Below are positions 23,010 through 32,987 of a DNA stretch of 64,000 nt, one piece after another (the first letter of the stretch is position 1; every line of letters starts with the position of its first letter). The position numbers and the translations under genes are program-made. The notes below the pieces were generated by a model, which did not search any database, was not told the origin of the DNA, and was given only the letters and a program-made list of their open reading frames with translations. The DNA is from Pachysolen tannophilus NRRL Y-2460 (taxonomy: Eukaryota). The stretch lies in assembly GCA_001661245.1 (NCBI GenBank), contig KV454017.1:651903-715902 (forward strand). Reading direction: 5' to 3'.

Positions 23010-25352
23010 TTATGCTAAATATTCATAACTATCACCGTCAACACGATTCAAATACTCCTTCTCGATCAATATATCAATGCACTTCTTTATATCACTAACA
23101 GTTGGATTGAACCTTGAATGTGCTTGTTGAATGACCTCATTTATTAAAGCTGAATGATTCAACATTTTTCTAGCCTTCATGATTCTGACAATACATGCTT
23201 GTATGAAATTTTTTCTGTCTTCATCAATTTCTCTTTGCGTGTCTGAGCTTTCTAATTTGGACTCAATTTTCAAAGGATAGTCAAATTTAACTCTCATCTT
23301 TTTTGATCTATATTCGGAAACTACTGTAAACTTTGTATTTGGTTTATTAATGAATTCAGGAGCCGCAGGCTTTTGATTTAATAGTTTAAATTTCACCAAA
23401 GGAGCTATTGAGGCCTCTAAATATTCAGAAGAAAGATCTGTTATATCCAATAATTCTTCAAAACTATACGTATCTCTGTCGTTAAACGGTAATATTATGG
23501 CCATTTGGAAAACAGACATACTCAATATGAAAGGCGGTTTTCCTTGTTTTGCTATATTTGCCTTGACTTCCCCTCGACAATGATTCCAGATCCATTTTAA
23601 TTGTCTACCAGAATGCTTTTCATTATACATTTGTTCAAATTTTTCTTGTGTTGGTAATAATTCCTTAGGTAGTTTGAAAGGATACTTCCATGCACTAAAT
23701 GGCCACATTGTTTCAGCCAATACATACATTGTAAAATCTGGTACAATATCTTTAGATCCATCTTCAAGGGCTCTATCTCTAAATGCAGAACGCAATTCTT
23801 GTGAAGCTTGCATATCTTGAAACATCTTCGTCATCTTTGATGTATATTCCAAACTATTTTCTTGTTTTAACCTTTGAATGACAGCTTCTTCTTCTCCATC
23901 GGTTGCAGCTTGGTTAAAAATTAATCTTCTTGCAAGTAAACGACGGTAATGAGTCTCAAAAGCATCCTTATCGTTAATAAATTTAAAAACAGTCATCAAA
24001 TCGTCGACAGACATATCGCTAGTAGAATCAGAATCTTTTGCCTTCCGCTTTAATAAAGTGTCACTGTATTTAGCTAGTAACTCTGGTGTTTTAGACTGTG
24101 ACCTTGGTGTGGGAGTGGCAATTGCATTTTTATTGATAAATTCATGTGATGCATTGTCCAAAGATTTTACAAAAAGCCCATTTTTTTTGAATGAAACATT
24201 AACGGTATTAACAAACCTTTTATAAACATCTATAATGGTTCTAACGTACAATTTTGGATCTATCAGACCTGCTTTTTTTGCACCGTTACTAGAGCTAGAA
24301 CTAGAAATTTTCGATGCCTCTTCTTTTAACTCTTCAATGGCTTTCAAACCTTCACGCTTAATATATTCTTCAAATTGTTGAAGTAAAGGTTCTAAAGTTG
24401 GTGGAACTCTTTGCAACAAACTGTACATTCTATGAATATCTTCTAATTGGTTTTGATCTAGTAAAGTTGGGAAAGCTGCATACATTGCTTCCGCGTGTTT
24501 ATCAATTAAAACCTCATTTAATACATCAGCCAAAGGTTTCTTTGTATGCTCATCCAATATTAAATTTGCTCTTGAATTTTCTTCTGCTAACCTAGCTTCT
24601 GCTTTTCTCATATAATCCACAACATTATTATTTTGTAAAAAAACATTACTTTCATTCAAGTAAAATTCTCTAGTAAGTTCTAAAAATTTTTTCTCGAAAT
24701 CATTCATATAAACAGATAAATTTGTCTTTTTCAAATCATTACTATCAAAACCCAAACTAACAAAAGATTTAATAGCAATTGATAAATCATTACTACTATC
24801 AACTTTATTTAATCTTTGTAATTGAATTTGTTCCAAAATTTCATTGATTAAAGTATCAACATTTTTTCTAAACATATCTTCTCTCCATTTCAACAAACAT
24901 AAAGTATTGACATCATAGATATGTCTCTTCCCATCACTTCTTTCTTTTTGAACCCAATAACGATTCATATAATCAAATATATTATTTAAATATCCTGCAC
25001 CAATGGTATACCGCTGCCAAGTTCTAACATAAAACTGTAAAAAACTCTCATCGGGTCTCTTTGTCAAAGATTGGACATATTGCAGCAAATAATTATTTAA
25101 TTTTGAATAAATTTGTCCACCAATTAACAAGGAACCTTGGGTGTTCATATTATTATTTCCATTCAATCGCTGTACTTCCAGGTCTTGTTGTTGAGTTGCG
25201 CGTGACTTATTAATACAGTAGTTATAAATTGCAGTATAAACGCTCATGTACATTTTCGGCGACACATCGCTACCTAATATTAACTCTAAACCTGGTTCAA
25301 CAAACTTCCAAGTTGCTGATAAATCATCAGCTCTTGGGAGAGGCTCCGACAT
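23010..25352 (-). CDS. CDC53: Cullin-1 (SCF scaffold)
   Basis: LPRADDLSATWKFVEPG, PELLAKYSD, neddylation motif IQACIVRIMKARK, C-terminal YEYLA. Confidence 0.96.
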   Translation of the reverse strand: MSEPLPRADDLSATWKFVEPGLELILGSDVSPKMYMSVYTAIYNYCINKSRATQQQDLEVQRLNGNNNMNTQGSLLIGGQIYSKLNNYLLQYVQSLTKRPDESFLQFYVRTWQRYTIGAGYLNNIFDYMNRYWVQKERSDGKRHIYDVNTLCLLKWREDMFRKNVDTLINEILEQIQLQRLNKVDSSNDLSIAIKSFVSLGFDSNDLKKTNLSVYMNDFEKKFLELTREFYLNESNVFLQNNNVVDYMRKAEARLAEENSRANLILDEHTKKPLADVLNEVLIDKHAEAMYAAFPTLLDQNQLEDIHRMYSLLQRVPPTLEPLLQQFEEYIKREGLKAIEELKEEASKISSSSSSNGAKKAGLIDPKLYVRTIIDVYKRFVNTVNVSFKKNGLFVKSLDNASHEFINKNAIATPTPRSQSKTPELLAKYSDTLLKRKAKDSDSTSDMSVDDLMTVFKFINDKDAFETHYRRLLARRLIFNQAATDGEEEAVIQRLKQENSLEYTSKMTKMFQDMQASQELRSAFRDRALEDGSKDIVPDFTMYVLAETMWPFSAWKYPFKLPKELLPTQEKFEQMYNEKHSGRQLKWIWNHCRGEVKANIAKQGKPPFILSMSVFQMAIILPFNDRDTYSFEELLDITDLSSEYLEASIAPLVKFKLLNQKPAAPEFINKPNTKFTVVSEYRSKKMRVKFDYPLKIESKLESSDTQREIDEDRKNFIQACIVRIMKARKMLNHSALINEVIQQAHSRFNPTVSDIKKCIDILIEKEYLNRVDGDSYEYLA

Positions 25353-25909
25353 AACGCAAGATTATATATATATGTATGTATATGATTTTCTTCACTCCCA
25401 AGAAAATTATAGTGATAAAGTTAACTTTTGCTTTTTTGCCTTCTTCTCTTTATAAACAAGAAATCTTAAGGAAAATTGACTTAATCAAAAAGAAGAAAAG
25501 GAAATAGAAAAAAAAATTAGAAAAAAAAATTTATAGATTTTTTTTTCAAACAATCAAGAAATTATCCTCTTCTTCGATTCTATTACAATGACTAAAACAA
25601 TTTCTGTTGAACTTGTATCGTAAATTAAAATAGATTAGATATAGATCATCTTTACGCTGTTTTTATTTTTATTTTTATTTTTCGATTTTCATGTTTGTGA
25701 GATTTCCAAATTCTGAACTTTCCGAATTAAGAAGTCTAAATTATTCACCAGATACCATCAACCCATAACAGTCTACAACAGTTTACAACAGTTTACGACT
25801 GGTTTCTACAATCTACTCTACAAAAGAGATGAGGACAGATCAATAAGGATGCTAGTATTGTAATTTGTAATTGTATTATTATAAGGAAATTGTAATTTTT
25901 TTGGTATCA

Positions 25910-26986
25910 TTAGGAATGTATAGGAGAAGCAACTTTTCCGACAACTCTCACTATACTTATGGTGAAGGTTATAACCCACATACACAAGATTAGAAATAAG
26001 AAAGCTGCCAAACCTCTTTGGCGTTCGCATATGGAAGACACCACTAGTGTGTTATTGTCATAAGTAGATGATTCACAGACCCATCTATCGTCAAAAAGAG
26101 TATTGAAGGCCAATGATAAATTTGCTGATGAAAATATTATAAACAATAAATCCAACAAGATCAATCTCATTTTAGCTAAGGGGTCTCTTAACCCTAAAGG
26201 TTTCCCATTGTATTCATCGTAAGCAATATATAATAAATAAATAATTGCAAAACTTTGAACACATATTGCCATTATAGTACTTGGTTCCTGGCCAATATAT
26301 CTGTTATCATATCTATGTCTGGATAAAACAAATACTCTTGAAGCTAAACCTAACGCTATAGTCGATAACACCAACATGAATCCTCTGAAAGTTAATGGAA
26401 TATAAACATTACTCAATAAAAGTCTTTTTATTGTAGGTTTCCAATCTTTTCTCTTTTCATCTGACATCCAATAACCAGCAGTTGAACGAAGATATGGATT
26501 ATCATAATTTTTATAAGATTTCTTATTCCAAAAAAAAAGTGAATTTCTATATTCTTTATTATTGCTATCATTTTGATTTATCTTGGAATTATCATTTAAA
26601 GCTCTTCTTAATCTTTCATCTCCACCCCATTTTCCATTTAAATCTTGTTGACAACTTTTCCATAATTCATCATCATATTTTACTTTCCCATTGATATATG
26701 CAGGGTTAGCTTCAACAGATTTCAAAAAATTATTCCAATTTCCAGCTACTGATTGTAAGAAAGGATCTGTTGTTCCATTATTTATATTATTATCATCTTT
26801 TAAATGACATTTGGCAATATTATCCAAAGCATAAGGTGGAATCGGTTGAAGGTTATGTCTGTAAAAATTTGAATATTGTTCCACTATCTCTGTAGGAACT
26901 TTACTATTTGAAGTTGATGGATAACTCTGTGAACCTGATGAAGGTATCAGAGACGAATTCTGTTTTGATGTTTCCAGTGATGACAT
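25910..26986 (-). CDS. SRF1: Srf1, membrane regulator of phospholipase D
   Basis: YDEYNGKPLGLRDPLAKMRLILLDLLFIIFSSANLSLAF, four hydrophobic segments; adjacent to CDC53 as in S. cerevisiae; first ATG 26986. Confidence 0.88.
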   Translation of the reverse strand: MSSLETSKQNSSLIPSSGSQSYPSTSNSKVPTEIVEQYSNFYRHNLQPIPPYALDNIAKCHLKDDNNINNGTTDPFLQSVAGNWNNFLKSVEANPAYINGKVKYDDELWKSCQQDLNGKWGGDERLRRALNDNSKINQNDSNNKEYRNSLFFWNKKSYKNYDNPYLRSTAGYWMSDEKRKDWKPTIKRLLLSNVYIPLTFRGFMLVLSTIALGLASRVFVLSRHRYDNRYIGQEPSTIMAICVQSFAIIYLLYIAYDEYNGKPLGLRDPLAKMRLILLDLLFIIFSSANLSLAFNTLFDDRWVCESSTYDNNTLVVSSICERQRGLAAFLFLILCMWVITFTISIVRVVGKVASPIHS

Positions 26987-27856
26987 TATGTTATGCAAAA
27001 GTTTGTAAATAGTAGCAGGATTTCTTTTTCTTCTATTCTATTCTTCTATGACTTATCTTCAATAGCTGTCTCGATTTCTTTAATTTCGCAATGTACTTCT
27101 ATAGAATAATAGTCTATAGTAACTACAATTTAAATTAAAAATAAAAAAAAAATAAAAAGATAAAAATCTAAAAACGTTTGACCAGCAATAAATGATAATT
27201 ATCAACGTCTAAAAATCGCATAAATTTGCAACAAGCCTGCTTTAGCTACAGTTTTTAAATTCAGTAAAACTCTTATACATTATATTTATCTAATAATTGG
27301 TTTAAAACCAAATGTTAAATACCATTATTAGATATACATATATTAGTTGGTCTTAAACACAAAAAAGCATTTATGTCTGCACCTCCAGAAATGGAAGGTA
27401 GTGTGTTCTGAAACCAGGTAACAGCAATAAAGAAAAGAAGTATTGAAAATCCGTCTTAAAAGATCAATTAATTATTCACTAAATCTTGGGAAGAGAGTGT
27501 AGTTTTTTCTATTTGTGTGTTGTATATTCCATCTATTCCATCAATCCTGTTGTGTGTTGTGAAATAAAAGTTTTTTGGCGTTGTTTATATATGAAATGAG
27601 TTTGGATTTTTTATTTCTAAAAAAATAATAAATTCTCATCGGAATGGGACATCTTCTTGCATTCTGAAACGTTTGTCGGAATGAATGTTGTTATTACTTA
27701 TTGGAAACTAGTTAGTTACGTTGCTATCAACAGTGATACAACTGATTCTCATATAGATGAGATTATCAGAACCCATACCTTTTTTTTTAATTTTGTCATA
27801 TTTTTTCATATATCGAGTGAATTATTAGTTTGTTTGTTTTTTTTTTGGAAATTCGA

Positions 27857-28849
27857 ATGATTTCAAGATCAACTACTGTTTTTAGCAACAGGATTAGGAG
27901 TATACACTCTGTTAAATCGAGTTTAGGGTATACTGATTTCAAATCAATTCCGATTTATTTAATATCAATCCCATTAACGAATAAAAAATCATATATTTAT
28001 TGTAAACATGATAGAGAATTATCACATGTGAAACTGGCAAGAAGAATTGATGAAAGACTTACAGCATTGGTTATGAAAGGATGGCAAAAACTTGAAACTT
28101 CAAAATTGAGAGTAAATGTTGAAATTGTTAAAATTGTTAAGAATTTATTATCTAGAATACCGTTTGATGAAGAATTATTAAAATCAATTCCTTCTCAAAA
28201 TTTAATAGTTCGTGAAATGAAAATGTCTGAAATGAATGAAGAATTTAAACAAAGATTAAATTCAGGTTCTTTAATTACTAAACATGATAAATTATTAATA
28301 AAACAAAAAGATATAAAAAATTATTCTAATTTAGATCCTTCAAAGCATTTAGTTAAAATACCAATTTTTTATCCAGATTCAATATCTTCTAAAGAACAAA
28401 TCCATCAACAATTAATTGAGTATGCAACTTCAGGTTACAAAAAACATTTCAAATACTTGTGTTATAATTTATTATTTATTCCAGTGACTCTTCCCTTAGT
28501 TTTAATTCCAATAGTTCCAAACGTACCAGGTTTTTATTTAGCATATAGAGCTTGGTGTCATTTTAATGCTATGATGGGATCTAAACATTTATCATTTTTA
28601 TTAGAAAACAATGCTGAACATTTAACTTTTAAAGAAATTAACCTCAACTCATTACTGATATATGGGAAAACAAAAGATGAAAAAGTATTACAAAATATAC
28701 AAAGACTTAAGACAGGTGATAATACAGATGAGTATATCTTATTGGGAGAAGACGTGGCAGATGATGTAGCTAAAGCCTATTACGCTGAAGATTTAGTCTC
28801 TGAGTTGAAAATTGCTTTGAAGCAAGAAAATCAAAAGCTTAATAAATAA
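27857..28849 (+). CDS. Mitochondrial K+/H+ exchange-related protein (YDL183C family)
   Basis: PLVLIPIVPNVPGFYLAYRAWCH family motif, presequence-like N-terminus, neighbour of RPL41 and VMA1. Confidence 0.85.
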   Translation: MISRSTTVFSNRIRSIHSVKSSLGYTDFKSIPIYLISIPLTNKKSYIYCKHDRELSHVKLARRIDERLTALVMKGWQKLETSKLRVNVEIVKIVKNLLSRIPFDEELLKSIPSQNLIVREMKMSEMNEEFKQRLNSGSLITKHDKLLIKQKDIKNYSNLDPSKHLVKIPIFYPDSISSKEQIHQQLIEYATSGYKKHFKYLCYNLLFIPVTLPLVLIPIVPNVPGFYLAYRAWCHFNAMMGSKHLSFLLENNAEHLTFKEINLNSLLIYGKTKDEKVLQNIQRLKTGDNTDEYILLGEDVADDVAKAYYAEDLVSELKIALKQENQKLNK

Positions 28850-29009
28850 ATAATTTTAATAATAGTTCTACAAAATACGAAATAAAATGTAAAGTAATGT
28901 AAAAAAAGTAAAAAAAAAGCTTTGTATGATAATAATACATTATTACAATTTATCAAAATAACTTCTACTTCTTGGTGCTGGGTGTTAGTTGGCTAATGCT
29001 TGATTGCTT

Positions 29010-29149
29010 ACACACCACACCACACCACATTACATCACATCCCACACCACATCCTGACCCAGAGGTCGTGCAGTCGTGTGCCTCTTTCTCTCTTTCTGTC
29101 TTTCTCTTTCTCTTTTTCTTTCCGTACTGGAGAGAAAAACGCAGTCACA
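29010..29149 (+). promoter_or_regulatory. RPL41 upstream region: CA-rich (CACAC)n tract and exact Homol-D box
   Basis: acacaccacaccacaccacattacatcacatcccacaccacatcc 29010-29054; CAGTCACA 29142-29149. Confidence 0.5.
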
Positions 29150-29397
29150 AACAAATCAACCTTCAAACGGAAACTACATTTTTCAAAAAAAAGTTATTGA
29201 CACGTAAATACTTTTAACAATTATTTATTAAGTAATTTTTGTATCTGTCATTCGAAAGTCATCGAAAAACTTTCCAACACATCTTCTTATAAAGGAATCG
29301 AGTTGCTGATTTTTCAATGTATATTTTGTATTTTATTTTTTTTTTTTTTTTTTTTTTCTTCTTCTCTTTACTTACAGTTAGTTATCCATCAATCAAA

Positions 29398-29475
29398 ATG
29401 AGAGCTAAGTGGAGAAAGAAGAGAGTTAGAAGACTTAAGAGAAAGCGGCGGAAGGTTAGAGCAAGATCAAAATAA
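29398..29475 (+). CDS. RPL41: Ribosomal protein L41 (eL41/eS32), 25 aa
   Basis: Hand translation MRAKWRKKRVRRLKRKRRKVRARSK*; below the ORF-track size cutoff; syntenic. Confidence 0.97.
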   Translation: MRAKWRKKRVRRLKRKRRKVRARSK

Positions 29476-30653
29476 GCGGACAGCAAAATATAATATTTTA
29501 GCGTTGTATTAAAACTTTAATTTTTCGGAATGAAATATTAATATTGAGTTTTATATTCAATTGCTTCTTTTTTTTCAATTATTTTTTCCAGAAGTCCAGC
29601 GTTTTTCACAATGATAATAGCAGATGTGTGTGCTTTAAGGAATGGTTTATGTTTTTGATTTGACAATTGCTTGAGTCATTTCTTTTTGAAATTCAAAGAA
29701 GCTATTTTGTATTTTGCAGCTAAGATGAAATTTTGGTAATAAATAAATGTGTTGTTGAGAAAAAATTAAGGGTTTCCAATAAGAGGAAAAAAGGTTTCAT
29801 GATGATGAGAGGTTTCAAGTTTTTTCTATTTCGTTAATTTTTTTATATTTGTTTTATGATCTTCTCTATATTTTTCATTTAACACTTTTTTAGTGTTAAA
29901 AACATTTTTGTCCGTATATAAAATCAAATAAAAAAAAATTTTTTTTTTTTCTTTGAATTATTGGTTGTAGTAATATCTTCTATAAAAAGGAAAAAATAAG
30001 TCTTGGAAACCGTTTAAGAACAGACGATTCAAGATATCATCAATAAGTTAGTTAAATTATATCTTGATGAGATCACAATGTTTAAAATATCTGAAAATGT
30101 GTATTTGCTTTTTGGCAATTTTTCAACACTCTTCTTTTATTTTAACCTTGTAACATATAGCAAAATGATCAAGAGTTGACAATTCTAGACTAAACCTTCA
30201 ACGGGATAAGTCTATTATTCTCTTGACTCTCGATCATCAATCAGCCGATAAGCAGCTCTCAAATATTTTAAAATTTAATCTCATCATCCATCATCAATTG
30301 AATGGAATATCTTGTAAAAATTCAAGTTTTGCTTGAATTTATAGTGAACCGGGTAAAAACCAAGAAAAACTAAAATTCGAATTTTATTTTACATCTTTTT
30401 GACCTAAATTATAAGAAAACACCTATTGGCGGCTCAATTTAATCAAATTAAATAGTATTCACAATTGACATTATATAGAGGAATAAATCTAATTTGATAA
30501 AGCTATTTTGTGGTAATTTTCTATTTTCTATTTAATAGACTTGATTTTTTTTTTTGTCTTTTTTATTTGCTTTTCATTTGTTGTATTTTGTAAATTGTGA
30601 AGTCACTTTTTTATTAGTAGTATTGGGTTAATTTTGTGTTAAAAAGAATAAAA

Positions 30654-32632
30654 ATGGTAAGTAATATAGAAATTCAATTTAATATATCAAGTCATTTCAA
30701 TTCAATTGATATTTGGATTTATATTATTTGGAATTAATACTAACATGAAATTTTATAAAAATTTATAAAAATTTATAAAATTAGGCTGGTGCAATTGAGA
30801 ATGCACGTAAAGAAATTAAACGTCTTTCATTAGATTCTTATGAGAGTGATTATGGACAAATTTATTCTGTTTCAGGTCCTGTTGTTGTTGCAGAAAATAT
30901 GGTAGGTTGTGCGATGTATGAATTGGTTAAAGTTGGTCATGACAATTTAGTTGGTGAAGTTATTAGAATTGATGCCGATAAGGCAACAATTCAAGTTTAT
31001 GAAGAAACTGCGGGTGTCACTGTTGGAGATCCAGTTTTAAGAACTGGGAAACCTCTTTCTGTAGAATTGGGTCCAGGTTTGATGGAGACTATTTATGATG
31101 GTATTCAACGTCCTTTGAAAACAATTAAAGACATGTCAAAATCTATTTATATTCCAAGAGGTATTGATGCACCAGCTTTATCAAAGACTACTCAATATGA
31201 TTTTAATCCTCATACTTTAAAAGTTGGAGATCATATTACTGGTGGTGATATCTTTGGTTCAATTTTTGAAAATTCTTTATTGGATGATCACAAGATTTTA
31301 TTACCTCCAAGAGCTAGAGGTACCATTACTTCTATTGCTGAAGCTGGTTCATATACAATTGAAGATAAAATTTTAGAAGTTGAATTTGATGGTAAGAAAC
31401 ATTCATACTCAATGATGCATACATGGCCTGTCCGTGTTCCAAGGCCAGTAGCTGAAAAATTGGCAGCAGATTACCCTTTGTTAACTGGACAAAGAGTTTT
31501 AGATGCATTATTCCCATGTGTTCAAGGTGGTACTACATGTATTCCAGGTGCTTTTGGATGTGGTAAAACTGTCATTTCTCAATCTTTATCCAAATATTCA
31601 AATTCAGATGTAATCATCTATGTTGGATGTGGTGAAAGAGGTAACGAGATGGCGGAAGTCTTGATGGAATTCCCAGAATTGTACACTGAAATTTCAGGAA
31701 GAAAAGAACCAATCATGAAACGTACCACATTGGTTGCAAATACATCTAATATGCCTGTTGCAGCAAGAGAAGCTTCTATTTATACCGGTATTACATTAGC
31801 AGAATATTTCAGAGATCAAGGTAAAAACGTTTCCATGATTGCAGATTCTTCTTCAAGATGGGCAGAAGCTTTAAGAGAAATTTCTGGTCGTCTTGGTGAA
31901 ATGCCTGCTGATCAAGGTTTCCCAGCATATTTGGGTGCTAAATTAGCTTCCTTCTATGAAAGAGCAGGTAAAGCTGTTGCATTGGGTTCACCAAACAGAG
32001 TAGGATCCGTTTCTATTGTTGCTGCTGTTTCTCCAGCTGGTGGTGATTTCTCCGATCCTGTCACCACAGCAACTTTGGGTATCACCCAAGTCTTTTGGGG
32101 TTTGGATAAAAAATTAGCTCAAAGAAAGCATTTCCCTTCGATAAATACATCAGTTTCCTATTCCAAATATACAAACATCTTGAACAAGTTTTACGATTCC
32201 AACTACCCAGAATTTCCAGCTTTGAGAGATAGAATGAGGGAAATTTTATCAAATGCAGAAGAATTAGAACAAGTTGTACAATTGGTTGGTAAATCAGCTT
32301 TGTCTGATTCAGATAAGATTACATTGGATGTTGCAGCGTTAATCAAAGAAGATTTCTTGCAACAAAATGGTTATTCGACATATGATGCATTTTGTCCAAT
32401 TTGGAAAACTTTTGCTATGATGAAGTCTTTTATTGGATACTATGAAGAGGCTCAAAAGGCTGTTAGTAATGGTGCTCCATGGAATAAATTGGCTGAGACT
32501 ACAGCAGATGTCAAGCATGCTGTCTCTTCTGCCAAGTTCTTTGAACCATCGAAAGGTGAAAACGAAGGTTCAAAACATTTTGATGAGTTATTTTCCTCTA
32601 TTCAAGATAGATTTGCTGAAGATACAGATTAA
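30654..32632 (+). CDS. VMA1: V-ATPase catalytic subunit A, 616 aa, intein-free; exons 30654-30656 and 30785-32632
   Basis: ATG|GTAAGT at 30654-30662, TACTAAC 30738-30744, TAG ending 30784; [14 protein letters not shown]...; Walker A GAFGCGKT; contiguous [11 protein letters not shown]. Confidence 0.97.
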
Positions 32633-32987
32633 ACATTTTAAAAATCTTTGTTATTGATTTGTTAATTACTTTTTTTTATATATATCTTTTTTTATTTTTT
32701 TTGATTTATTCATTTCTATCTACAAAATGTTTTCTGAATATTTCACAGTTCGTTATCATCTGAGATTAGTTTTTTATTCAGCTTTTTTAAACATTTGTTT
32801 TGGTTCTTTTTCTTTTAATTGTTATTGATTTCACTCAAAAGAAAAAAAAATAGTATCGTTCATTGTATTCTTTTAATAGATATAAGTCTTTCCCATAAAT
32901 AAAAGTGAATAAAAAAATTGTAAAAACTAAAGAAATGAAAAAAAAAAAGTGGGAATTACAACTTGAAATCTGATTATGGGTGTTACC

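Noticed and set aside
29204..29377. Possible 5'UTR intron of RPL41 (poly-T plus TACAG)
   Set aside because: No TACTAAC (only TGCTGAT) and no consensus donor; needs RNA data
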